DNA of 64,000 bases. Origin: Eledone cirrhosa. Its lineage: Eukaryota. The stretch is from NCBI GenBank assembly GCA_964016885.1, contig OZ024742.1, positions 52,328,001-52,392,000 on the forward strand, in the 5' to 3' direction. The translations under genes were made by a program, and so were the position numbers. This document shows positions 1 to 14,755 of this stretch, one piece after another. The notes below the pieces were generated by a model that saw only the letters and a list, made by a program, of their open reading frames with translations, was not told the origin of the DNA and did no database searches. Each line of letters opens with the position of its first letter. The first letter of the stretch is position 1.

Positions 1-202
1 ACAAAGAATGATTCATTCATAACTTCACCCCATTAACTATAACTACCATTACCATAGATCGATTCATTTACATGCCTCTATCATTTACTACATTATACTT
101 CATAAGTCATTCATCATTTTGAATAAACAAAAGAATTAATATAATTAAGCAATGCGTTGAGCAAATATTCATATAATATATATATATATATATATACATG
201 CA

Positions 203-1216
<1,014 letters not shown>

Positions 1217-1218
<2 letters not shown>

Positions 1219-1822
1219 CCGAAATGCGATTCTCGCTAAATTTATATTTGTATTAATATCCCGAGTCTTACAATTAACCTGTTAATAATTCTATTGACAT
1301 ATGAATTGCATAAGTTTATTTTAAAAACTACTCGGTTGAGTGCTTATTCGATTTGTGCTATTTATGCAATTGTTTGCACATACTGAATTCATTTGCCAAA
1401 ATCTGGGTCTTTTTCCCTTTTGAATTATACATGTGCTTTTACGAAACTCAGTGTCATTCACAATTTTGGTACAGAGCCAAATACCTGTTGATAACGTGAT
1501 ATTCCTTGTTCGATCATTAAACCTAAGGCTTATAGTTTTAAGCAGACAGTATTATTGATTTAGGTGTCATAGAAACCCTGCATTTGGATTTTACCATTAA
1601 TTCCAATCTGTTTTTTTTATTTTGTTTTTAACTGTTTAGCTTGATTTGCTTTTTGACTTAGGTGGTTGATGCTTTTTTGACCACTTTTTCAGTGTTGTAT
1701 GGCGTTTTAACATATTGATGAGCTCTGGTCCTTTAACTATCGAGCGCTTGCCAGCATAATACTGATTTTGGCGTTTCGTTTCGCTTTTTCTACCTGCCGA
1801 AATGCGATTCTCGGTGAATTTG

Positions 1823-1830
<8 letters not shown>
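1217..1830. mobile_element. TA-embedded element with ~32-bp terminal direct repeat (period ~578 bp)
   Basis: GCCGAAATGCGATTCTCG.T.AATTT.TATTT at 1218-1249 and 1796-1827; possible decayed HHR at ~1480-1553 (AATAC-CTGTTGA...TAAAC...GTATT). Confidence 0.5.
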
Positions 1831-1865
<35 letters not shown>

Positions 1866-1872
1866 AAAACTC

Positions 1873-1956
<84 letters not shown>

Positions 1957-1972
1957 TATATAAACAAACCTC

Positions 1973-2019
<47 letters not shown>

Positions 2020-2026
2020 AAACCTC

Positions 2027-2158
<132 letters not shown>

Positions 2159-2185
2159 CATATACATATACATATATATATATAC

Positions 2186-2637
<452 letters not shown>

Positions 2638-2678
2638 ATATATATATCAAATGTATATATTGAGTTAGAACAATTAAA

Positions 2679-2985
2679 TAACTCGAGGAAAGAGATTTTT
2701 CCGAGCCGTATTGTATAATTGAATATAAAAGAGAGATAAACATAGATAGATACATATATGTGTTCAAATCGTAATGGACCAGATTCGCTAGGGTGAAAAA
2801 GATACTAACTATGGGCAATAGGGTTTGCCAGACTCAATTTAAGAATAAATCAAGAAAATAGATACAAACCGGAATTGTGGTAACTACCAGGCACCCAGAT
2901 TTGAACACATATATGTATATATATGTTTATCTCTCTTTTATATTCAATTATACCATACGGCTCTGAAAAATCTCTTTTCGTTATG
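2679..2985. mobile_element. MITE-like element with ~85-bp imperfect terminal inverted repeats
   Basis: 2684-2770 (GAAAGAGATTTTT...TGTGTTCAAATC) is the reverse complement of 2899-2980. Confidence 0.6.
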
Positions 2986-3123
2986 ATACCTAGAATAAGA
3001 ATTAATCTATCCGAAGGTGAGGATATCCCTTTGCAGCGAAGCAAATTCCCTGTTCAATCGTGCTTCGCTATGACTATTCATGAAGCACAAGGACGAACAA
3101 TGGAAAACGTCTTGCTTGATTAA
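2981..3123 (+). pseudogene. Inverted C-terminal PIF1 helicase fragment of the Helitron
   Basis: IPRIRINLS...FPVQSCFAMTIHEAQGRT (PIF1 QFP..AMTI.KSQG motif) lies on the + strand, opposite to the rest of the helicase. Confidence 0.8.
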
Positions 3124-3127
3124 ACGT

Positions 3128-6100
3128 CACAGAATTATAGGATCGATACTCTTTTATGGTTACAGGAAAGCGTCTGACACAGGTGGAATTGATGCTTCTC
3201 ATCATTTCATTGAGAGGTACCAAGATGCAATTGTTTGAAAACACTTTAGCTGGATTGTCGAATGAGGGATAGATGAAATCAATACATTCTTCCATAGTTG
3301 TTGCTTGGAGAACCATTTCTTTTGGCAAAATAATTTCCTCATTTTCAGCTTTTTTTATCTTATCTTCTCCAATATACAATAGGAACTGTGAATAGTCTCC
3401 TGCTCCCCCACCCAATCGCATGTTTGTCTTCAACTGAAATCTTTTGAAGCTTAGCCATAAGTAGGATTTTTTAATGCAGGCGTTTTCCACGTCCGCTTCA
3501 TTTCCCCTTTTCACTACCGGAAGAAGCTGACGGAAATCGCCACAGCAAATTGTAAAAATTCCACCGAATGCCTCATTGTTGTCGCATATGTCACGCAGAG
3601 TGAGGTCAATAGCTTCGAAGCTTTCCCTCCGAATCATAGGACACTCGTCCCAAACAATTAGCCTTGTATGCTGGAAGAGGTTTGCCGTCTTTCAGTTTTT
3701 ATCAATGTCGTACAGACCATTTTCTTTCACTACTATCGTTATTTTGAACCTAAAATGCGCTGTTCTTCCACCAGGCATCAATGTTGCGGCAATGCTAGAT
3801 GACGCAACAGCAATAGCCACGTTACCGTTTCCCCTGACTTTTGAAAGAATTAAGTTAATCAGGAATGTCTTTCCTATTCCACTGGAGCGTCAATGAAAAT
3901 CAATGCAGATGTGTTCGTCTCTAAACTGTTACAAACGAAGTCGTACACGTGTTTTTGTTCACTATTCAATAGAGGTTCCGTCTCTTCCACAAATCGTCCC
4001 TGCTCTTCTCTGCTGTATTGTAATTCATGCAATAACTCCAAATTGCCAATATCCTGATTAGCAACAATATTATTTGGCCTTGGCAAGTTAAAGTCACTAA
4101 GACTTTTGCCGAGGTCGTTAAGTTTGTCTTCAAAATACAGAAGACATTGATCATAATGTCTCTCGCTAATCAAAAGGTTAGAGTTTCTGGTAGCCCTTTT
4201 TTCTATTTGAAGTTAATCCTCAGACAGCGAATGCTTAAATCGAGCCCATAAAGCACTGGAATTGTCAATTTCCGTATTTGTGAGGAGCACGATGAATAGA
4301 TCTCTCATGGCTTTGGGAAGCCTTGTTCGCTCAGCATCTTCCAGAGTCTGCTGCCAATGATCAGCCGATTGAAGCAAACCTTTCTCTCTTCAGACGTCTT
4401 TGAATAATGGCAGGAGTTCTCCATCACACATTTTCAAAGAGTTGAAGGATACTGACCCTTTGACGTGATGCAGAAGGAGTCTTAAATAATACAGGTCACC
4501 ACTTCGTGGAGAAACAGTGTATACTCGTCCCAAAACGTTCGCCTCAAAAATCCCTGGACACTGCTCAACTGTTTTCCACACCTTTCTTCTTTCCCATCTC
4601 TTATTACTTCAAGTGTAAAACTTTGGCACAATCGCATACGGATCGAGATCGCAAAGATCCATGAACTCAGTCAGAGTCGTCTTAGCCATGTTATTGTTTA
4701 CTTTAACAACAGCATTGACCCGAAAGAAGATTTGATTTTCTTCAGGTAGATGAACTTAAAGGCGAACTACGGCCTGTTCTCTTTCATGAATTGGAGATCC
4801 AAGTACCAAGATAACAGCTTCTGAAGGACAGATATATCTTCCTGTTAAATACTGTATTATCTCATCTTCCCTGTTCACTCCAAACATTGCCTGATCACTG
4901 CCCTTCATGGTATATTTAATAACGTATTTGATCGATTTCACGGAAGAGCACATCTTTACGTTTAGGTGGCAGTTGAACAGTTTTAATAGTTTCATATTGC
5001 AGGGAACCACCCATTCCGAAGTTATATATCGGCTTCCCCTTCCTCTTGGTGCCCCTCAAATTGTCTAATTCCTAGAGACCGTCTTCTGTACACAGGATAA
5101 GAGTCCTCTCAACACAATGTATATTCATTGAAAGGCTTAGGGTACCGCTTACTGCACGTTCAATCTTTCCAACACGGCGAATTGTTAAAGCAATTCGGAC
5201 CGTGGATCATGTGCTTCAGCACCAATTCATGACCCTCTGGATCTTTGTTTGGATCTGGTATTTCGGCTTGAACAAATTTATCATATTCCTGCGGTCTGAA
5301 CCTGGAGGCTTCATTGAGCCATAGCAAACAGTGCACATGAGGAAGATCTCGCTTTTGATATTCGACTGTCAGCATGTAAGCTATGCACTTGCCAAACAGG
5401 CCATCTTCTCTAGTAAGATACTTTCTTAACAGCTTCCGCTTCAGGTCAAATACTCTGCTAATTAAATCTGGCCTGTCATGTGGCTTCTGATTCAGGAATA
5501 GGTTTTGCCGGATTTCAGGCCAGTTTGGATTGCATGTCATTGTGATGAAGAACGAAGGATTGCCGTACTTCCGTATGTACATCATGGCATCCTGGCATCG
5601 CTCCATCATATATTTCGGTCCACCGACAAATGTGGAAGAGAGTATGATTCGCCTGCCAATATTGCGAAAATCGTCATCTTCATTCAATGCGTCAGTAAGG
5701 CCCTTGTATATTGTAGATCGCGATGATGTTTGATTCATTCGGATGTATTGCAGTCTATCTCCTTCAATTTTCGCAGCCATTTCAACCAAATATTGCTGAA
5801 ATAAACGACCGCCACTGAGAAGTTTGTTGAATTCATTCTCATATTATTCGATAGGCATAGTAACGCATTGACGTCAACTTCTTGTTGTTGCTCATTAACA
5901 GCTCATGATGCCATCCGTCATCGCCAAAAGGAAAAAATAGAACATACTGCAAACTGTCATAGAACCGATGGGACTCTGAGATTATTTGCAATTGTCCGCC
6001 TTTTTCTTTCAACACAATATGCCCTGCTTTTGCTTGAAGTTCGGTGCTGTTTTGTATAATAACGGCAACTTCGTTTGCAGTTTGTGCCTTGAATCTTCTA

Positions 6101-7142
6101 TCATGTTCCATTGCTGGTCTCCTATCAGGATCAATAATAATCGAAGCTTCGGGAATATTTTTAATTTGTTCTTTTGCCATTCGAAATGAAGCAAAGTTAG
6201 GGTTATATTGTTCCAATAATTCAACTATGTCGCGCTGAATGCCATCGTTATGGAGTATCCTGATCCTCAAATCAACACTATCCTGAGGATCCAAGAAGTA
6301 AATTTGAAGAAATTGGGGTTGTTCGTTTGGATTAGGGGTTAAGGAACCGATGTAATGGTGAATTTGACCATGAATAACGATAGAAGGATTCCATCCACTC
6401 CTTGAGGAACGAACTTCTTCGGCCCCAAAAGATGTCATTTGGAACAGGCAGTTGTATTGTCTGAGGTTCTTCCTGAACTCGTTTGCCCTAGGTTGATCAG
6501 TACTAAATAAACTGTGAAGTTCCTGGCGTAAACTTGCAGATTCCCCAACCTGACTTTTCCATTCATACAGCAAAAGTTAGTAGTTTCACCATGAAAAAGC
6601 ATTGCATGACAACAGATAAAGATCTTATTCATCTGTCCAGCATTAGCAGAGAGGTCACGTCGTTGAACTGTCCTTGCTCTATCCCTAATGGTTTGTTCGC
6701 AAAGACGTTCAGTTCTCCGAGCGTCCTATTCTTCTGTCTCTTTCCCTCTGTTCCGCCTGACGCTCAGCTCTCCGACCATCCGATTCATGATCTCTCCTTC
6801 TTCTGTCTCTTTTCCTCTGTTCCGCCTGACGCTCAGCTCTCCGACCATCCGATTCATGATTTCTCCTTCTTCTGTCTCTTCTCTTTCCCTCTGTTCCGCC
6901 AGACGCTCAGATCTCCGACCATCCTATTCATGATCTCTCCTGCTTCTGTCTCTTTCCCTCTGTTCCGCCAGATGCGCAGCCCTTGCTTTATCAGTCTCCT
7001 CGATCCTTCTATTCGCATGCCTGTCCCAATCTTGTTGGCGTTGACCACTATCTTGCTCACCTTCTTCGGTTCTCCTTAGCCGTGCTTTCTTTCCACTGTC
7101 GATAGACCAACCAGATGTTTTCTTTCTTCCTCGTCGAGGCAT
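3128..7142 (-). pseudogene. Helitron RepHel (Zn finger, HUH Rep, PIF1 helicase), multiple frameshifts and stops
   Basis: Motifs CCMNGKVRL, FITMTCNPNW, VEYQKRDLPHVHCLLW, YVIKYTMKG, FIDAP, GDFRQLLPV, LKTNMR across ORFs 6924-7142, 5839-6573, 5160-5789, 4756-5010, 4390-4581, 3874-4173, 3074-3637. Confidence 0.92.
6729..6980 (-). repeat. 69-bp coding tandem repeat (~3.6 copies), 23-aa STPR-like units
   Basis: Period 69 bp (6729, 6798, 6867); minus strand translates ESDGRRAERQAEQRERDRRRRDH. Confidence 0.8.
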
Positions 7143-9415
7143 TATTTAAGAATCGAAAATCGTATTCACCTTAGAAAAAATTCCTATTACCTCAATAAAT
7201 CCTTTTTTTAAATCATAATTTAGAAATATTTCTAAATAATTGAAATATTGTCTGTTTAAACAACTCGTATTTTCCAAATCATATTCACTTAAAAATTACT
7301 TATTAATAATTAAAATATTCTGTTTAAAGAAAGCTGAAATATATATACTCGGTGTACAAATAATTTGTATTTCTTAAGTCATTTTCACTTAAGAATATAT
7401 TTTAAATATGCCAAGAAATATTTTTTCCATCGTATTCACTTGAAAATAATTTTTAAAGAAATGAAGATATTGTCTATGTAAATCAAGCTATTTGTGAAAT
7501 CAAATTCACATTAAAATATTTCTAAATAATTGAAATATTCTTTTTAACAAAAGCAAAAATATAAACACCTACTGTTTAACACCAACTGGTATTTTTCAGT
7601 GATATTCACTTAATGCTATTCTGATAATTAAAATATCGTCTGTTTAAAGAAAGTTCAAATATAGATACTTTAAGTACAAACAACTTGTATCATATTCACT
7701 GAGAAATCACTGAAAATTCTTTTTTTAATAATTATTAAAAATATTTCTCGAATGATGAAAATAGGTTATGTCGATTTACGTCAAACCTGTTTTATCCCAA
7801 TTTCAGTGTTATATCACTTACAGGGCTATTTTTCCATTATGCACCGTTTTGGCTTTTACGAAGGTATCCTACACACACACACACACACACAAATATATAT
7901 ATCTCTCTAACTTAAGTACTGTTACACACACATACACACACACATGTCTCTAAGTACGTAAACACATGCACTGGCACACATACAGATACACACGGTGGCA
8001 GTAGACAGTGAAAAAGAGAGAGAAAGAAATAACGTTATGGTTAGGGGGAGAGTTAAAATAAATAAAAGTTAAGGACGCTGTCTCTTTCCCTATCTGTCAT
8101 CCCCCCTCTCTCTTAGCCACTCACGCTTTCTTTTTCTCTCGCTCACCCTCACTCTCTCTTTCTCTCTCTCACCCCCTCTCTGTCTCTCTTACCTACAGAA
8201 TGGACAACCAAAAAACAAACGGATTATTTCTTTTGATATTCATTATAAAATAAGATAAATTGAATTTTGTTGAATTCTTGGCTATTTTTGGAAAATTGAA
8301 AATATTTTCCAAGTGCGGTTTACGCCAATCTTGTTTTATTCAGAGTATTTTCTCATTATGCAATGTTTTGGCTATTTATGAAGTTTTGCAGAGTTATGTT
8401 AATTTCGAGGTATTTTTCCCAGTATGCACCGTTGTGGCTATTTATGAAGGTACCCCCAAAACCTGCGAATCTCGGGAACCCGGGGTCAGATTTTCGAGAA
8501 ACTTGTTTTATAAATTTATATTCCTATTTCAGAGGCAACTTGCTTTCAAAGTATTTACCCATTATGCGCACTTTTGGCTGTATTACATAACAGACAAGCA
8601 AGCACGCAAGCAAGCACGCACGCAAGATCAGAGTTTTAGTAGTATATAGATATCTTCTACAAATTTCTATATCAGAGATGAATTTAGGTGCGCGTCTGGG
8701 TTTTAATGAGATGTAAGATACATGTCTTTTGATAAGAATAGGATGGCAGTAAAAAGAGAAAAGAAGGATAGTTTTGGTACATTTGTCAATAAGGTGTTAT
8801 TGAGATTGGTTTGGGGGAGGAAGTTGGGGGAGGGCATTCTAGCTCACATATTCACTTCCCTATATGTAAATATATTTACAGTCCATATATATTACATACA
8901 TACACACACACATACACACACATATCAACACACATATATATACATATATATATAAATATATATATACACACATACCCACACACGCATATATACACATACT
9001 TATATACACACACATATACATATATACACACACATGCATACGCATATATATACATATACACACACACAGATATATACACCCACATATATATATATACATA
9101 TATATATACACACACATGCACATATATATATATACATATATATATATACATACATACAGACACACATGCAAACACCCACACATACATGTACATACATATC
9201 TAGATCAACTAAATCATAATATTATAATTTTATAAAATTAAATCAATTTATCTAACACTACAAGTGAAGTCATTCTTTTCCTTTCTTTCAAATATACCTA
9301 ACTGTACCAAGGTTCTCACACATTTTCCAATATATATATATATATATATTAAAATAACAGATTAAAGTTTAAGCAAACATACATACATACATACATACAT
9401 ACATACATACATACA

Positions 9416-9544
<129 letters not shown>

Positions 9545-9580
9545 TGTATATATATATATATATATATCTGTGTGTGTATG

Positions 9581-9647
<67 letters not shown>

Positions 9648-9715
9648 GCAAAATTGCCAATACTGGAATTGTATAATCAAGACCGTAGCGGTATATCATA
9701 TATCAAATCATAGAT

Positions 9716-9776
9716 TTTATCTAATGAAGACGTACTGAAAAGAACAACACAGTACCTTTGAAATATATATAATAAA
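9716..9776 (+). ncRNA. Decayed type I hammerhead (G5A)
   Basis: TTTAT-CTAATGA-[GTACTG/CAGTAC]-GAAA-T-ATAT-ATA-ATAAA. Confidence 0.55.
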
Positions 9777-9971
9777 GAAGTATTAGTTATACTATTTATG
9801 GTTATGTAAATACAAAACCTTATGCAGTTATAAGTATTTTTTATACACACCCTAAATAGTGGTAGGCAGTAATGTATTAGTAAGTTAAGTAGCTCAATGT
9901 AAAAACATCAGATGATTTACAGAGCAGTTATATGAAATATTAGAATCAAAGAACTGTTCAAAACATTATTG

Positions 9972-10018
9972 TGCTTACAGCTGTTTCCTCCAAACCGAGG
10001 TTTGGATTCTTCGGAGCA
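9972..10018 (-). ncRNA. Minimal type I hammerhead (CCGAAGA core variant)
   Basis: TGCT-CCGAAGA-A-TCCAAACC/GGTTTGGA-G-GAAA-C-AGCT-GTA-AGCA. Confidence 0.65.
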
Positions 10019-11466
10019 ATTTATTAATGCATGGACAGTTATATGACCTCCTTTTCAGCCAAGAGACATACCGATACATATGCAAATATTGTGGGTCAAC
10101 ATTCATTACAGAATTTAGAGTGGCAGTACACACTTCGAGATTACATTCATATTAAGAGGTACAATCAAAAATCGAAAATACAGGTTAAAATACATGAAGA
10201 TAAGCGGTTATATAGTGCAAATGTTATATGTGTGGCAAGCATGTGCCTCTTGTTTATATAGTGTGGCAGAGAGATATGTGTGGTAGAGGCACTTAGGTAG
10301 GTAAACAAGAGTGTTAGGTTGGTAGATCTGGTGGCAAATTCTTTATATGATTGATATAGTCTGTGTGTGGAGAAATGTTATAAGCATTAAAAATAGTGCA
10401 AGCATTAAAAGTGTTAAAAGTATTGGAGATGCACAGCGAAGGGATGTCAAGTATTTCATGTACTTCGACATTTTCATGGTCAGAGGAGTGTATTTTTCGA
10501 TTATATGCCCCTCACATAATCCACGACAATTCGATATTGAGCGTTTGACAATCCAGTTAGAGAATCGTAGTCTGATGTTCTTTAGTTCAATACAGGAGGC
10601 TGTTACGTTTCGAGAAACGACATTGAATACCACCCGGAAGTGTGTGTGTGTGGCTAAGGGGAGTTAATGCATGCGGGGAGGTAACTCCGGGGTTTCTATA
10701 CCTAGCTATTAAAATATATCACAATATAGACCGCGATTTCTATGGTGATGCGCATCCTCCAAAAAATGTTTAAAGCATAAAGTGTATTAACTATAGAGTA
10801 GTTTAATTAAGTTATGCTGAAGGTGTTCATATTATTATGGTGGATTAACCCCCATCGTAAGGTGCCACAAATGGATATTATAGATGATGAGCGAGGATTC
10901 TAAATTAATGATCTCTGTGGTTGTAGTCTACTCATAGGACCAGGCGCGGTGATTGCAGGATTGCTTCAGGACCCAATGATCTCTGGTAAGTTCTGGGTCA
11001 TCGCTTGCTACATTGGATGTCGAAAGATAATCATCTCCAGGCCGGCCAGAGGTCAATCCGCAGTCCTCACGACCCCTCTCTGACCGCCAGATCATCCTTA
11101 TATGTACAACCCGCACGCCAGTTGCAATGCATTCATTCTCTGCGCTCAGCATCCTGGTCCTACTGCTCAACAGCGTTACTAGATTAAATCGTTTTTCATC
11201 TGTCTAAGGAAGGTGCTTCCTCCGCACAACACTATCAAACGGATCAATTCATGCTTAAATTACCTATAGAGCGGTGTAGTGCAGTTCAAGTGGGTGGATG
11301 TTGTCGCACCTGACGTAGAGGTATAAATGGGTATTCTCCCTGCGAAGGGTTCCAGAGGGATGTCGTTGTTTGTGTTATATTAGATCAGTTAGTGTTGGGT
11401 ATGTAGTATAAGGTGTGCCTCTGGTGTTTGATGCTAGATGTGGTGTTTGGTTCCAGTCCGACATTG

Positions 11467-13094
11467 CTATATATTGGGCTTAAAGTTTTGGAAGGAATGT
11501 CTGAAGCGGTGCTGGCAAGTTGCAAACACCTCAGATTTTTTGTTAAGTAGGTTCCGGTTGGAGAAGATAATATTGTGTGTCTCTAGTATACAGAGGTTAC
11601 AAAATTTATTAGGTGGTTTGTACGAGGTCGCGCTGCCTATCACTTCCCATTTGAGTGCGTATGGTTTATTTTTAGTTTTTAGATAGTGTATGTAGCTAGG
11701 CTGTGCTTTTTGAACGAGTGGATGTGCGAATTATATCTGATTTTGAAGCAGTTAGAAGTGGAGCCTACATAGGTTTCTGAAGAGTTGCTAGTCGTGACGG
11801 TGCATGAGTATATGATATCCTTGGTTAGGCATTTTTTATCTAAAGGGCAGGTTCTATTAGCTCTGCAGTTACAATTATCCTGTGCGTTAGTCTGCTGGTT
11901 ATAATGCAGTGCGGAAGTCCGTGTGGTAGCTATAGGATTTTGGGCGTTCGGGTTGTCAACCCTGGTGTTATTACTTATACTAGTGTTATTTCTATTGTTA
12001 CTGCCGTTGCTATGGTTGCTTGCTACAGAGGTATTTAGAGGGTTTGCATCCTGTTGTGATTTTGTTTGTTGGAAGTAAGAATTAATTTTACTATTATTGC
12101 TGCTAGCTATGTGGTATGCTAAGTTAGGCGTCGTAGAGTATGAGATTTTAATGGTGTTTTTGTTTAAGAGGTTGTGGTACTTGTGTCCTAGAGGGAAGTT
12201 TTTATCTAGTAGTGAGAAGAAAGCCCTAGGTATGTTGGTGGAGACATTTAGGTTGAAAGGAGGGTTGAAAAATGTATTATTTCTTCTTCTATTTTTGCTT
12301 TTAGTGTTTGGTGTGTTGCTTCTTCCTAAGGCACCACAGTAGTTTCCATGGTAATGATTACTTCCGGTGGCACCCTCCGCTTTGGTGTACTTGTGGTTGC
12401 TATTCCTATTATTAGGTTTCCTCATGGACATGTTGTGCGAGATGATGTTGTAGCTATGTGTTTTCTTAGGTAGGAACTCAATTTCTATATTATGGCCGGA
12501 GCTAGCTAATGCCTGATTGTAATATTGTGAGTTTTTGCTAAATATGTTTGCGTCATAGGACAGACTAGAGATTCTATTGGACACCCCCTTAGAGATAGAG
12601 TTTAATATTGATCTAGGGTGATTAGACTTGGTATCTACATAAAAAGGTTACTCGTTAGGCTTATGGAAAGGTGTATATATTTTTGAGTCTAGGTATAGTG
12701 TGGCGTCTAGGAAGTTAACATTTTTAGTGTTTTTGTCCATGGTGATACTAAGGTTAAAGTTTTTGAATGTCTTATGCAATTGTTTTCTAGTTCTTTCTAT
12801 ATAAAATTTTTTATATTCTATAAGTAGAAGGGCATCATCGCGGTACAAACCACCGTTGAGGTAAGGGAGGTCCTTATGGATTTCATTGGGAAGGTATAGG
12901 CCGACCAAATCAGTGACCTGCGCCGAGTCACTAGATCCCATGGTTATGTCGAAGTTGTTGTGCGTATCCTCGCGTGTCCATAGTTGGTCCTCGAAGGTGA
13001 TTGTGGTTTTACGGGCCGCAAGGATGACATCAACCTGGGCTCTAGTCAGGTCGCAATTGCTCATGGCCATGATAAGTGCCTTATTTAATAGGAT
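11467..13094 (-). pseudogene. PLE reverse transcriptase (C-terminal part) and GIY-YIG endonuclease
   Basis: FDITMGSSDSAQVTDLVGL, GGLYRDDAL, VNFLDATL, FFNPP, CNCR..CPL..CL, IIY..TYVG, and after a frameshift FCNLC...TCQH, stop at 11467. Confidence 0.9.
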
Positions 13095-14420
13095 AGGGAG
13101 AATACCCATTTATACCTCTACGTCAGGTGCGACAACATCCACCCACTTGAACTGCACTACACCGCTCTATAGGTAATTTAAGCATGAATTGATCCGTTTG
13201 ATAGTGTTGTGCGGAGGAAGCACCTTCCTTAGACAGATGAAAAACGATTTAATCTAGTAACGCTGTTGAGCAGTAGGACCAGGATGCTGAGCGCAGAGAA
13301 TGAATGCATTGCAACTGGCGTGCGGGTTGTACATATAAGGATGATCTGGCGGTCAGAGAGGGGTCGTGAGGACTGCGGATTGACCTCTGGCCGGCCTGGA
13401 GATGATTATCTTTCGACATCCAATGTAGCAAGCGATGACCCAGAACTTACCAGAGATCATTGGGTCCTGAAGCAATCCTGCAATCACCGCGCCTGGTCCT
13501 ATGAGTAGACTACAACCACAGAGATCATTAATTTAGAATCCTCGCTCATCATCTATAATATCCATTTGTGGCACCTTACGATGGGGGTTAATCCACCATA
13601 ATAATATGAACACCTTCAGCATAACTTAATTAAACTACTCTATAGTTAATACACTTTATGCTTTAAACATTTTTTGGAGGATGCGCATCACCATAGAAAT
13701 CACGGTCTATATTGTGACACATTTTAATAGCTAGGTATAGAAACCCCGGAGTTACCTCCCCGCATGCATTAACTCCCCTTAGCCATACACACACACTTCC
13801 GGGTGGTATTCAATGTCGTTTCTCGAAACGTAACAGCCTCCTGTATTGAACTAAAGAACATCAGACTACGATTCTCTAACTGGATTGTCAAACGCTCAAT
13901 ATCGAATTATCGTGGATTATGTGAGGGGCATATAATCGAAAAATACACTCCTCTGACCATGAAAATGTCGAAGTACATGAAATACTTGACATCTCTTCGC
14001 TGTGCATCTCCAATACTTTTAACACTTTTAATGCTTGCACTATTTTTAATGCTTATAACATTTCTCCACACACAGCCTATATCAATCATATAAAGAATTT
14101 GCCACCAGATCTACCAACCTAACACTCTTGTTTACCTACCTAAGTGCCTCTACCACACATATCTCTTTGCCACACTATATAAACAAGACGCACATGCTTG
14201 CCACACATATAACATTTGCACTATATAACCGCTTATCTTCATGTTGTATTTTAACCTGTATTTTCGATTTTTGATTGTACCTCTTAATATGAATGTAATC
14301 TCGAAGTGTGTACTGCCACTCTAAATTCTGTAATGAATGTTGACCCACAATATTTGCATATGTATCGGTATGTCTCTTGGCTGAAAAGGAGGTCATATAA
14401 CTGTCCATGCATTAATAAAT

Positions 14421-14467
14421 TGCTCCGAAGAATCCAAACCTCGGTTTGGAGGAAACAGCTGTAAGCA
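14421..14467 (+). ncRNA. Minimal type I hammerhead (mirror of 9972-10018)
   Basis: Same sequence in the inverted pLTR. Confidence 0.65.
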
Positions 14468-14661
14468 CAATAATGTTTTGAACAGTTCTTTGATTCTTAT
14501 ATTTCATATAATAAAGCATATATTTTGATTATGTGAATATCTTTCATTTGTTAATATCTGAATTAAAAAAAAAAAATCCTGGAAAACCCTACTGGTGAGT
14601 GCTTTTAATCTATTATAAAATTGTATTCATTGAGTAATCAATGAACCATATTAATCTTAGG

Positions 14662-14752
<91 letters not shown>

Positions 14753-14755
<3 letters not shown>

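Larger units (their letters stand above)
2980..8650 (-). mobile_element. Decayed autonomous Helitron
   Basis: Minus-strand 5' end A^TCTATATACTACTAAAAC at 8650; RepHel coding remnants 3128-7142; AT-rich subterminal repeats 7150-7760. The 3' hairpin/CTRR end was not found. Confidence 0.88.
9928..14660 (-). mobile_element. Penelope-like element (Naiad-type), 5'-truncated, with ~1.4-kb inverted pLTR plus tail
   Basis: 9928-11341 is the reverse complement of 13095-14511; the right copy appears to continue ~150 nt to a TA array; RT and GIY-YIG lie between the arms. Confidence 0.9.

Noticed and set aside
10343-11187. Paired 'conserved' small ORFs (96, 80, 60 aa) repeated at 13249-14093
   Set aside because: Identical only because they lie in the young inverted pLTR; no protein motifs.
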